Assembly: GCF_008000775.2 (NCBI RefSeq)
Contig: NZ_CP042905.2
Coordinates: 3,060,001 to 3,092,000 of the forward strand
Reading direction: 5' to 3'
DNA: 32,000 nt
Origin: Promethearchaeum syntrophicum
GTDB taxonomy: Archaea > Asgardarchaeota > Lokiarchaeia > Sigyniarchaeales > Promethearchaeaceae
Below the pieces are notes generated by a model. That model made no database searches. It saw only the letters and a list, made by a program, of their open reading frames with translations, and was not told where the DNA came from. Every line of letters starts with the position of its first letter. The stretch's first letter is position 1. Of the stretch, positions 8,594 to 17,678 are shown in pieces. Position numbers and translations under genes: made by a program.

Positions 8594-10552
8594 TTATTTT
8601 ATCCAATTACGTAAATCCCGTCCTTTCTTCTTTGATTTCGCGAGAAGACTTCGTACAACTTTCGTAATTGCATAAGGATTCAACCCTTGATGATTTAATT
8701 GTTCCCACAAACCCGTAATCCCGAGCTTGGTGACTCCTAGATGTTGATACAATGGACTATATCCGGCCTCCAACAACCATGTGCCAAACCGAATTCCCAA
8801 TCCGGTCTTGTAATTTTGACTTTCTACCAGTAAAACGAATGGAGCTTGCCCAATCTTTGCCATCATCGCCTTGTCGGTCTTATTTATTGTGGGCTTGTTA
8901 ATTAATCCTACGAATTTTCCTTCTTCACGTAAAGTTTCAACAACATCAAGGCATCGATAAAGCATTTCACCGTAAGTCACAATATAACCATCAGTTCCTT
9001 CCCGAACTACTTCATCTTTCTTTGGTTTGAATCTATAGCCCCTACTTATATCAAACATATGGTTTCCTTTCTCATCTAAAATGAAGGGGGTTGGAGAGCG
9101 TGTAGAGAAAACAAATTTTAATCCAGGATCATCCCAAACTTCTTTTACAATGGCCCCCATTTGATGCCAATCTGCAGGGAAATAAAGCCGAGTAATATCA
9201 CCTTCGGCAATGCCGTTATCTGCAAAGAAATGATTAATACCAAAATGACAATTGTTATCTGCCATCCAATCAACCCCGCTATGCGAAAAATGAGCCAAAA
9301 CATTTGCATCGTTATAACGAGCCATTGTAATTTCAGAAGGTAACATTTCTAAGAACGCAGAGAAAGTGGCCGTAATCCCTATTCTACTAGGGATATTCCC
9401 AAACCCAGCAGCTACTGAAAAATTGTTTCTTTCCATAATTCCCCCGTTTATATATACTTCAGGGAATTCTTCTTTAATGAAGTGGAGTCCTGTAGAACCT
9501 GCTAAATCATTATCGATGACTTTTACTTTATGGATTCGTTCTTCGTAGGACATTTTTCCTAAGATTTCACAAACCACTTTCCCAAATTTATCTCTCGCTT
9601 TGCGAAATTCTGAAGTACTCCCTTTATATTTAAATTCTGCCTTTTGTTTGATAGCATTCTCGATAAGATTTATTGCTTTATCATATTTTCTCACTTTTAA
9701 ATATTCAATTGCGGCTTCTTTTGGAATAACATCATGGCCTTTCGTTGTATCTTCAATACCTTTGATACCTTGAGCCATTTTCCTCCGAATTACAACTGCT
9801 GCAGTACCTTTTTCTAGAATTGCCCACCGCATTACCCGATAGAGATCCCGAATATCTTCAGGATTATTACATATTTTAGTATTAATTCCATGGCCTTGCA
9901 GGGTTTTTTCAATATCATATCCACGTAAATATTCTTTTGGATGCCCGGTAATGGTCATGTTATTATCATCAATAAATAGTTTTACTTCTAAATTATTAGT
10001 AGATGCAAATCTTGCCGCTTCAGCATTATTACCTTCTTGTTGGGATCCGTCACTTCCCATTATGAGTGTTTTTTGATGAGGATTCGCTAATGCAACCCCG
10101 TTTACAAAGGACCACATGTGACCTAATCTACCAGAGCTGAATTCAATTCCGGGTGTTTCCCCTTTCTCTGGATGACCCGGGAGCCAACAAAAAGCCTGTC
10201 TATATTGCATCAAATCTTCAAATGGCATAAATCCATTTATTGCTGCTAAAAGGTAGTGAGCGGCAACCCGATGCCCCGCTTCATCAAAAATCACAGGATG
10301 TATGTGATTGCGGCCTTTCCGTATGCTATCTGCAATGATCATCTCAGGTGTTATATCAAACGCGCCGCCGGTATGCCCTCCTAAGCGTTTCACCCCAGCG
10401 TAGGCAGTGAAAAATACGATTGCATCTCTTGCTAATTCGATATTTTTTTTCAGTTGTTTTACTTGAGCATCAGAAAGTTCTTCATCGTTTAGATTTAGAA
10501 TAACATGTCGATAAGCTTTCATGTCGATTGGGAATTTTACTTTAGCAGCCAT
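8594..10552 (-). CDS. Transketolase-family thiamine-diphosphate enzyme (N- and C-terminal halves fused in one polypeptide)
   Basis: Motifs seen: LGGHTGGAFD, GHPEKGETPGIEFSSGRLGH, and the TPP/metal block GSDGSQQEGNNAEAARFA. The pyrimidine-binding half follows (MERNNFSVAAG...FSHSG). Size is 652 aa. Confidence 0.7.
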   Translation of the reverse strand: MAAKVKFPIDMKAYRHVILNLNDEELSDAQVKQLKKNIELARDAIVFFTAYAGVKRLGGHTGGAFDITPEMIIADSIRKGRNHIHPVIFDEAGHRVAAHYLLAAINGFMPFEDLMQYRQAFCWLPGHPEKGETPGIEFSSGRLGHMWSFVNGVALANPHQKTLIMGSDGSQQEGNNAEAARFASTNNLEVKLFIDDNNMTITGHPKEYLRGYDIEKTLQGHGINTKICNNPEDIRDLYRVMRWAILEKGTAAVVIRRKMAQGIKGIEDTTKGHDVIPKEAAIEYLKVRKYDKAINLIENAIKQKAEFKYKGSTSEFRKARDKFGKVVCEILGKMSYEERIHKVKVIDNDLAGSTGLHFIKEEFPEVYINGGIMERNNFSVAAGFGNIPSRIGITATFSAFLEMLPSEITMARYNDANVLAHFSHSGVDWMADNNCHFGINHFFADNGIAEGDITRLYFPADWHQMGAIVKEVWDDPGLKFVFSTRSPTPFILDEKGNHMFDISRGYRFKPKKDEVVREGTDGYIVTYGEMLYRCLDVVETLREEGKFVGLINKPTINKTDKAMMAKIGQAPFVLLVESQNYKTGLGIRFGTWLLEAGYSPLYQHLGVTKLGITGLWEQLNHQGLNPYAITKVVRSLLAKSKKKGRDLRNWIK

Positions 10553-10670
10553 AAGATTCTCTCATAACGTTTTTTTTTTGAAAACTAATTAAATCAAGCT
10601 TTCTCTTCTTTATATGATTTAGTAAAAAAAAATAATTAAGGGATTAATATTCAATTTAGAAATTTCAATT

Positions 10671-11258
10671 TCACTTTAGAAAGGGGGTATCTGGGGGTAA
10701 AAAGGGGTAAATCTGAAAAATATTAAAATCCACTTCTTTCATTCTAATAAAATACTCTCTTTCTAATTCTCGTTCTCTATAGATTTTTTGTTTAATTTCT
10801 TCTGGAGAAAACTTAAAAGTTTCATTTAGATTTTTCTGTAATCCTTCACAATATTTGATAGTTCGTCTGAAATTTTCTTCAGAAGTCATAATCATGGACC
10901 AAAACGGGAAAAGATCGCATTGAACAGGGCGGGATTGATAAATTTTACATAAGTTCTTGCCATCTTCAATAAAAAGAAAAATACAATCGGAGGATTGTTC
11001 AAAATTTAAGACTAAAGTATCCATAGTTTTCGTATTCTTTGTAGCTTCCAAATTTTCATCCCAGATTGTATATTCATATTTTGTAATCGAGAGATATTTT
11101 TTAGCAAATTCTTCTTTAGAAATCTGTAAATTTTTTGAAATTTTTTCTATATCCACCATATACATAAAAATATATCCTTCTGTTTCATTTGAGCAGCATT
11201 TTCCACATTGTTGACATTGAAATGTGAAACCCGAAGAAACAGAATCACAAAGATCCAT
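10671..11258 (-). CDS. YkgJ-family cysteine-cluster (CxxCxxCC) zinc/iron-chelating domain protein
   Basis: CQQCGKCCSN lies near the N-terminus, with later Cys residues (DCIF, LCKIY, VQCD). The track start at 11309 is a TTG codon; the first ATG (MDLCDSV) is at 11258. Confidence 0.6.
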   Translation of the reverse strand: MDLCDSVSSGFTFQCQQCGKCCSNETEGYIFMYMVDIEKISKNLQISKEEFAKKYLSITKYEYTIWDENLEATKNTKTMDTLVLNFEQSSDCIFLFIEDGKNLCKIYQSRPVQCDLFPFWSMIMTSEENFRRTIKYCEGLQKNLNETFKFSPEEIKQKIYRERELEREYFIRMKEVDFNIFQIYPFLPPDTPFLK

Positions 11259-11351
11259 ATTCAAAATTTGTAAGATACATTTAAAAAAATTTTTCTTTAT
11301 TATTTGCAATTAGATAATTTCACATTTATTTTAGAAAGAAAAATGTGAGGG

Positions 11352-12746
11352 TTAATTCTGAATTAATTTCCATCGTGTTCCCTTTGGAGTATCCTCTATT
11401 AATACACCCATTTCTTGAAGTTGATCCCGAATCATATCAGATTTTTGCCAATTTTTTTCTTCTCGAGCTTTTTCTCTTGCTTTAATTAAATTTTCAGCTT
11501 CTTCAGAAATGAATTCTTCTTCAATCAGATTTAAACCTAAAACCTGATCAAATTGGGAAACAAGTGCCAATTTTTCTTCTCCGTTTAAGTCAGATTTAAG
11601 CATAGTCCATACAAGGCCCAGAGCTTGTGGAAGGTTCATATCGGAATTTATATATTTTAAAAATTGCATTGAAAATTCTTCTTTAAGTTTGGGATTGGGT
11701 GTTCCAGATTTATCTTTTGCTAACTGTACCCGATTTTTCAAAGACATATAAGCTTGTTGAGCCATTTCGAGATTTTTCCACGAAAATGAAAGAGCAGATC
11801 GATAATGGGCAGTCAAACACATATAGCGATAGGCAAGGGGGTTAATTTTCTTGGATTCAATATCTTCCAAGATGATAAATGAACCTTGAGATTTACTCAT
11901 TTTTTCTTTATCCAAAACTAAAAATTCCCCATGTAGCCAATAATTCACCCACTTTTTCCCAGTCGCACTTTCCGATTGGGCAATTTCATTAGTATGATGA
12001 ACCGGAATATGATCTATTCCTCCACAATGGATATCAAATTGGTCGCCCAGATATTTAATTGACATTGCAGAACATTCAATATGCCACCCGGGAAAGCCTC
12101 GACCCCAAGGAGAATCCCATTGCATAATATGAGACGGTTGATTTGATACCCATAAAGCAAAATCGGAAGGATTTTTTCGTTCAGGATCTATTTTTACCCG
12201 TGCACCTGCTTTTTGATTATCAAGATTCAATTTCGCAAGTTTGGTATAATCCACAAATTTCCTTGAATTGAATATTAACCCAACGGATGTAGGATAGGTG
12301 TATTCCATTTTTTCTATGCGTTTTATAAACTCAATCATGTCAGGAACGTGTTCTGATGCTTTGCAGATGACAGTTGGTGTGATAATATTTAATTTAGCAC
12401 AATCTTCGAAAAAGCGAATTTCATACTTCTTCGCTAAAGCCAACATGGTTTCAACTGAGGGATCTAATCCAAGCTTTCTGATCGATCTCATCAATTTATC
12501 TTCCCCAACATCAGCGTCAGAAGTTAAATGCCCCACATCTGTGATATTCATTACATGCTTTACAGAATAACCGTTAAAGTGTAAAATACGGAGGAGAATA
12601 TCCTCAAAAATATAAGTTCTTAAGTTTCCGATATGTTGATAATCGTAAACCGTTGGACCGCAACAGTATATTCCCACATACTCTTTATGGATTGGATGAA
12701 ATACCTCTTTTCGGCGCCCCATGGTATTAAATAATTCTAAGGTCAT
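11352..12746 (-). CDS. cysS: Cysteine--tRNA ligase
   Basis: [17 protein letters not shown] (Zn-binding Cys plus HIGH-type motif), KMSKS present (EKMSKSQG), [14 protein letters not shown] block. Size is 464 aa. Confidence 0.95.
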   Translation of the reverse strand: MTLELFNTMGRRKEVFHPIHKEYVGIYCCGPTVYDYQHIGNLRTYIFEDILLRILHFNGYSVKHVMNITDVGHLTSDADVGEDKLMRSIRKLGLDPSVETMLALAKKYEIRFFEDCAKLNIITPTVICKASEHVPDMIEFIKRIEKMEYTYPTSVGLIFNSRKFVDYTKLAKLNLDNQKAGARVKIDPERKNPSDFALWVSNQPSHIMQWDSPWGRGFPGWHIECSAMSIKYLGDQFDIHCGGIDHIPVHHTNEIAQSESATGKKWVNYWLHGEFLVLDKEKMSKSQGSFIILEDIESKKINPLAYRYMCLTAHYRSALSFSWKNLEMAQQAYMSLKNRVQLAKDKSGTPNPKLKEEFSMQFLKYINSDMNLPQALGLVWTMLKSDLNGEEKLALVSQFDQVLGLNLIEEEFISEEAENLIKAREKAREEKNWQKSDMIRDQLQEMGVLIEDTPKGTRWKLIQN

Positions 12747-12897
12747 GATTTTTACCTTTGTAATAATTACTAATTACGAATTCTTGAAAAAAAAAATTAC
12801 TATTTTTCATTTTCAGATTTCATTTTTATTAATATCAATTTGAATTTTGGAATTAACTAAACTAAAAATTAAATGAAATAAAAATAAATTATCTTTA

Positions 12898-13803
12898 ATG
12901 CAAGTATTTGAAGTCCTACGTTCAATTGAAACACGGTTAATTCCGGGAAATAATTCTCAGATTAAAAATATAATAAGCCCAGATAAAGTATATTTAATAA
13001 CAAATGATGAAAGCAAAAAAATATATATCTTAAGGGGGGGAAGATCTACATTAGTATATTATTTTATTGCACAAAAACTTGCAAAAGCGATAAGGAAAAG
13101 TAAACGCGGATTTTATGGTATCGAGGAAATTAAATCAGAGGAGCAAACGGTACAAATGATGGATATGGTTGCAGATGATACTGGAATCATTAAAGAATTT
13201 GTAAATCCTGATTTTTATTCAAAAGACGATCCCATAATGGACCCAAATAATACGAAGGTTAATTTCTTAGAGACTGATCCTACTTGGCGTGAAAGAATAC
13301 AACCAAGCAATTTACAAGTTTTTAAAAAAAAGCAAAATACGGAACATGTTTTTGATCAAATCAAACAGAATCCTTTGAATCCAAAATATAAAACAGATTT
13401 AGTATTAATTGATTCTTCAATTTATACACCAACTAAGAAATTAACGAATTTTTTAAAAGATCGGAAAGAGGAACGAGTTTATGAAAAAATTGGAGAATTA
13501 ACAGAGGGAAAGTTTTTTTCTCCTCAATATATGTGTCGTTTCATTGTTAAAGGAGAACACATTAATTCAATTGAGTTAATACGAAAGAAAGATCAAATGG
13601 AAATGAATACTGATAAGATTAATGCTCCTGTATTGTTTATAAGACGAATTATATCGGAAAGATCTATTGATATTTTGAGAAGTTCCTTCGATTTACCTAA
13701 AGTTGAATCATTTGATGATTTACTAGCACGAGTAAGAGAAGAAAAAGCAAGTAAAGAACCCCTATTGTCTTCTTTGGATGATATGAAGGACAAGAAGTCA
13801 TAA
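12898..13803 (+). CDS. Hypothetical protein; the N-terminal ~85 aa may be a gelsolin/cofilin-fold domain
   Basis: ATG start. The 301-aa ORF ends 12 nt before cca on the same strand. The segment ISPDKVYLITNDESKKIYILRGGRSTLVYYFIAQKLAKAIRKSKRGFYGIEEI follows the gelsolin-domain sequence pattern. This product call is tentative; the confidence given is for the gene being real. Confidence 0.6.
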   Translation: MQVFEVLRSIETRLIPGNNSQIKNIISPDKVYLITNDESKKIYILRGGRSTLVYYFIAQKLAKAIRKSKRGFYGIEEIKSEEQTVQMMDMVADDTGIIKEFVNPDFYSKDDPIMDPNNTKVNFLETDPTWRERIQPSNLQVFKKKQNTEHVFDQIKQNPLNPKYKTDLVLIDSSIYTPTKKLTNFLKDRKEERVYEKIGELTEGKFFSPQYMCRFIVKGEHINSIELIRKKDQMEMNTDKINAPVLFIRRIISERSIDILRSSFDLPKVESFDDLLARVREEKASKEPLLSSLDDMKDKKS

Positions 13804-13815
13804 ATCGGTGAAGAA

Positions 13816-15294
13816 ATGGAACCACCAATTGAAGTTTTATCAATATTCAATGAAATATTGGATAAAATTACACCTGATGAGAGAGAATTAGACCATATTG
13901 AAAACGTTACTACTTCTACCATAAAGATTATTAGAAATAGCAAAATCCCAGATGAAATTTCAATTCGATTTATTGAACCCCAAGGTTCTACAGGATTAAA
14001 GCAAACTGCATTAAAAAACACTGCAGATATTGATCTGTTTATTGGAATAGATCCAGAATTTATTCTTAATCATCAATTTTCATCTAAAAAGGAGAAAAAA
14101 GAGTTCATTCATACTAAATTTAAGGATTTGACAAATCTCTGGTTAATACCGAGTCTGAAAAATCAAGGGTTAAAAAATGTAAGGATGAGTTATGCAGAAC
14201 ACCCTTACGTCTCTGCAGACTTTATGGGGATCGAATTGGATATAGTAATATGTTTTGATGTATCAAGCGATTATTTGCAAAAAAATGGGCCAATCACTGC
14301 AGTGGATCGCACACCTCATCATACTCGATTTATTCGGGACAATGTGAATGAGAAACAAAAGGATGATATTCGATTACTTAAACATTTTTTTAAATGTTAT
14401 CATTGTTATGGAGATAAGAGTGCCCTTGGCAGAAGTGGATTTATTGGATATAGCGCAGAACTCTTAATTATTTATTATGATTCCATTTGGAATCTTTTCT
14501 TACATTTTGAAGAAATTAGTTCTAAAATTATTTTCCAGCACAAAAATTTCAATTCAATAAAAAATCCTTATCAAAATAAATCATATTTGACAATCAAATC
14601 GAAAATTTTTCCTAATGATTTTTTAATTATATTAGATCCTACTGATGCAAATAGAAATGTCGGTTCTTCTATATCAAAAAGAGCATTCGAGTTTATAAAT
14701 TATCAAATTAAAAATTTTTGTGAGAATCCAAAGCGTATTTATTTTGAACATCATGATTTACCGGATATTAATCATTTAGAATTATCAAGCACACAACTTT
14801 CTTGCTATTTTTATGCCCAATTTCAAGAAATTCAAGAGGATCATTACACTAAATATCGGGATAAGTTGTACTCCCTAATGGAGCAAATTATAAAAAAAGC
14901 AAGCAGAGAAAAAACATTAGAACCAAGATTTATGAATGTTATTGGTGAACTAGTTTTTAATACTGAAACAGGGCAATATATTCTAGCCTTTTTTACAGAA
15001 ACTCCCACAATAAGTTCAAAATTCAAAAGAGAAGGTCCGATGAAGAAATCAAAACCACATTATCAGAAATTTAAAGAAAAACATCCTGATGCATTTGAAG
15101 AGAATAATCAGATATTTCTCATTTTAAAACGACCTTTTACTCAATTTAAGGACTTTTTGGAGAAGAATTTAGATAAAAAATCAATAAAAGGATTGGAGCT
15201 TATTGAAATTGGATGCGCAATTAATCCTGAATATCCAATATTTGCGGCGAAAGGAATGGGAAATCTACATAAAAACGTAATACCATTTATTTAG
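13816..15294 (+). CDS. cca: CCA-adding enzyme (archaeal class-I tRNA nucleotidyltransferase)
   Basis: GSTGLKQTALKNTADIDLFI (GS...DxD nucleotidyltransferase motif), AEHPYV and VDRTPHHTRF blocks, all typical of archaeal CCA enzymes. Size is 492 aa. Confidence 0.85.
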   Translation: MEPPIEVLSIFNEILDKITPDERELDHIENVTTSTIKIIRNSKIPDEISIRFIEPQGSTGLKQTALKNTADIDLFIGIDPEFILNHQFSSKKEKKEFIHTKFKDLTNLWLIPSLKNQGLKNVRMSYAEHPYVSADFMGIELDIVICFDVSSDYLQKNGPITAVDRTPHHTRFIRDNVNEKQKDDIRLLKHFFKCYHCYGDKSALGRSGFIGYSAELLIIYYDSIWNLFLHFEEISSKIIFQHKNFNSIKNPYQNKSYLTIKSKIFPNDFLIILDPTDANRNVGSSISKRAFEFINYQIKNFCENPKRIYFEHHDLPDINHLELSSTQLSCYFYAQFQEIQEDHYTKYRDKLYSLMEQIIKKASREKTLEPRFMNVIGELVFNTETGQYILAFFTETPTISSKFKREGPMKKSKPHYQKFKEKHPDAFEENNQIFLILKRPFTQFKDFLEKNLDKKSIKGLELIEIGCAINPEYPIFAAKGMGNLHKNVIPFI

Positions 15295-15298
15295 GGCT

Positions 15299-17557
15299 TT
15301 ATTTCTTTACCTTGTCCATATATCCACAGGTACATTTAAGTTTCGCGCACATTGGACAAATTTTAACTTTTGTTTTAGTCCCGCTTGCTTGAGAGAGTCT
15401 TCTTCTAGTTCTCCTTTTCGGAATAGAGGTTTTTTGTGACACTGCAGAACCTTGTGAACTCGGTTGCTTTTCTGAATCTTTGACTATAGTAGGTTGAGAT
15501 TTATTGTTAGAACCCCTATTCGGAACACCAAACATATTATAACTCATAGCTGATTTATTAGGCGGATCTACAATTTTTTCAGCAACTTTGATAGGTTTGA
15601 TTTCAATTTTTTCTTCTTTTATTCCTTTTGATGTTAAAATTTCGTTGGAATTAGTGTCAGTTTTTGAAATCGGAGATTCTTCAGAAGAAATCACAGGTTT
15701 AATTGTAAATTTATTATCCTCAGAACTTTGTTGTTCAATCAGGTTTTTAATATCGTTTTCTAATTTCTTATGCCCAGTTTCTTCTTGTAATAAACTTGGA
15801 ATATCTTTAGATCCTTCAAATTCGTCATCTTGAAGCGAATTTTCAAAAGTCTTAATGGGTGTTGGAGCTTTAACTGGTTTTAATGTAAGATTTTGTATGT
15901 TAGATTTTTTGATTTTCTTCATTATATCTTCTATGGATCCTGATATAGGTTCTTCTTCAGAAGTCTCGGGTACTACTTCCTCAACAGGCGCGGGAACTTC
16001 TTCAAAAGGCGTAGGAACCTCTTCTTCAACAGGCGCGGGTACTCCTTCCTCAATAGGCGCGGGTACTCCTTCCTCAATAGGCGCAGGTGCTATTTCTTCG
16101 ACAGGCGCGGGAACTTCTTCTTCAATAGGCGCGGGAACTTCTTCTTCAATAGGCGCGGGAACTTCTTCTTCAATAGGCGCGGGAACTTCTTCTTCAACAG
16201 GCGCGGGAACTTCTTCTTCAACGGGCGTGGGTGCTATTTCTTCAACAGGCGCGGGAACTTCTTCTTCAACGGGCGTGGGTGCTATTTCTTCAACAGACGC
16301 AGGAAATTCTTCTTCAAAAGGCGTAGGAACCTCTTCTTCAACAGGCGCGGGTACTCCTTCATCAATGGGTTTGGATTCTTCATCTTCATCTGGTTCGAGC
16401 GGTACAATTTCAATTAAATTTGTTAATCGGAAGATTTCTTGTTTCGCTTTTTCAAAATCAGCAGCAGACCATACCCCGCTATCCACTAGAGGTTTTGAAG
16501 CTCTTTTGATACAATAAACAGATTCTTGGTATTTGCCTTGTTGTTCAAATAATTTCGCTTTTTGGAGGAGTTTTATTCCAACTTGAACAGGATCGTCCGC
16601 TTTTTCATGTGGTTCTTTCTTATCTTTTATAGTTACTTCTTTATCTGGTTTAATAGCAGAAATTTTTGTTTGAATCTTAGATTTTAGTTTTTCAGATTTT
16701 TCTTGCAATTTGTTATATTTCCAGCTTGAACTAAAGATAACTATCTCTTCGAGTAATTCAAGAGATTCTTGAACCATTTGGGGATTTTCATCTTTGCTCT
16801 TTAATAATGCTTGAAAATAGAGAAATTCAGAATGCAATTTTTCATTGTTTAAGCTATCTGCAAGTTCAATACCCCCCTCTATGAGCTGAAATAACTGTTC
16901 GCGAGGTAGATTGATACTGTTTTCCGTTTCTAGTTCTGTAATTTTACTGCTAAGGTTAATAAAAAAACTTTCCGCACCTTGTAAACAATCATAACAAATT
17001 AATTGATGATCAAATAATTCAGCATCATGTTCAGAAACACTATCTCCAACTAGCATTTTCAACCCTTTACAACTATCACATCGAGATCGCGGAAATTCTT
17101 GATTAACAAATAAAATTTGAATTAAAATTTTCAGTATTTTTGATTTAATGTCTGTATCTCCAATAATTGTGCATTTTCCCCAAGAAATAGGTTTATTGGT
17201 TGGAAATCCTTCGAGAGACTTTATCCCATGGGGCATAAATGTAAATACTACTTTCTCTTCTTCTAATGAAGCTGTCAAAATCCTATGACTGGGAAGGGTT
17301 ACTGAATAATTTTTCTGCTTATTTTCAAATTTAATATCTGGAAAAGGATTTTTTATTTCGAAAATAGCTGAGGCATTTTCTTCAAATTTTATTGATTCTG
17401 CTGGAAAAACACCAATATTAAATTTTCCTTCGATTTTCGTTTCATCAGGGGGGTTTTCAAAATTATGATATAAATTCCACGAAATAGAAATGTTTTCCAG
17501 CAAGAGGGGCTCTATAGTTTCCATGAATTCATTGATTTTCAATTCGTTGATCTCCAA
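15299..17557 (-). CDS. Large orphan protein: N-terminal domain, CxxC...CxxC zinc-ribbon-like motif, helical region, 17 acidic Pro-rich 8-aa repeats, disordered basic tail, terminal Cys cluster
   Basis: Long ORF of 752 aa. The track start at 17557 is TTG; the first ATG is at 17524. Motifs: CDSCKGLKM...CYDC, the repeat block EEEVPAP[VI] x17, and the tail KRRTRRR...KICPMCAKLKCTCGY. I recognise no family. Confidence 0.8.
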   Translation of the reverse strand: MEINELKINEFMETIEPLLLENISISWNLYHNFENPPDETKIEGKFNIGVFPAESIKFEENASAIFEIKNPFPDIKFENKQKNYSVTLPSHRILTASLEEEKVVFTFMPHGIKSLEGFPTNKPISWGKCTIIGDTDIKSKILKILIQILFVNQEFPRSRCDSCKGLKMLVGDSVSEHDAELFDHQLICYDCLQGAESFFINLSSKITELETENSINLPREQLFQLIEGGIELADSLNNEKLHSEFLYFQALLKSKDENPQMVQESLELLEEIVIFSSSWKYNKLQEKSEKLKSKIQTKISAIKPDKEVTIKDKKEPHEKADDPVQVGIKLLQKAKLFEQQGKYQESVYCIKRASKPLVDSGVWSAADFEKAKQEIFRLTNLIEIVPLEPDEDEESKPIDEGVPAPVEEEVPTPFEEEFPASVEEIAPTPVEEEVPAPVEEIAPTPVEEEVPAPVEEEVPAPIEEEVPAPIEEEVPAPIEEEVPAPVEEIAPAPIEEGVPAPIEEGVPAPVEEEVPTPFEEVPAPVEEVVPETSEEEPISGSIEDIMKKIKKSNIQNLTLKPVKAPTPIKTFENSLQDDEFEGSKDIPSLLQEETGHKKLENDIKNLIEQQSSEDNKFTIKPVISSEESPISKTDTNSNEILTSKGIKEEKIEIKPIKVAEKIVDPPNKSAMSYNMFGVPNRGSNNKSQPTIVKDSEKQPSSQGSAVSQKTSIPKRRTRRRLSQASGTKTKVKICPMCAKLKCTCGYMDKVKK
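15959..16363. repeat. In-frame tandem repeat, 24-nt unit, 17 copies (one of 21 nt)
   Basis: Three identical consecutive units of AATAGGCGCGGGAACTTCTTCTTC at 16124-16195. A perfect 48-nt duplication at 16196-16243 / 16244-16291. Flanking copies are degenerate. The block is visibly more GC-rich than its surroundings. Confidence 0.95.
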
Positions 17558-17678
17558 CTTTAAGTTAAAGCCATTTATAATTAAAAATAATTAATTCGCT
17601 CTTAAGTGTGTTTTTTAAATGGAGAAAGTGAATTGAGTTAAAACGTAAAAAAGCTTCTAAAAAAAAAGTAGAAAAAAT

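Noticed and set aside
13593-14021. A 142-aa minus-strand ORF spanning the junction of the 301-aa gene and cca
   Set aside because: It overlaps two well-supported + strand genes, including the conserved N-terminus of the CCA enzyme. Its sequence has no recognisable features.
15959-16363. The tandem repeat as a possible CRISPR array
   Set aside because: The units are contiguous with no unique spacers, stay in frame within a long ORF, and encode a coherent peptide repeat. There are no cas genes in the window.
15855-16517. A 220-aa + strand ORF rich in Gly/Ala/Thr/Ser repeats (GAGTSSSIGAGTSSS...)
   Set aside because: It is the reverse-complement reading of the 24-nt tandem repeat inside the 752-aa minus-strand gene. 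It is open only because the repeat lacks stop codons on that strand, and it has no independent start context or flanking coding signal.
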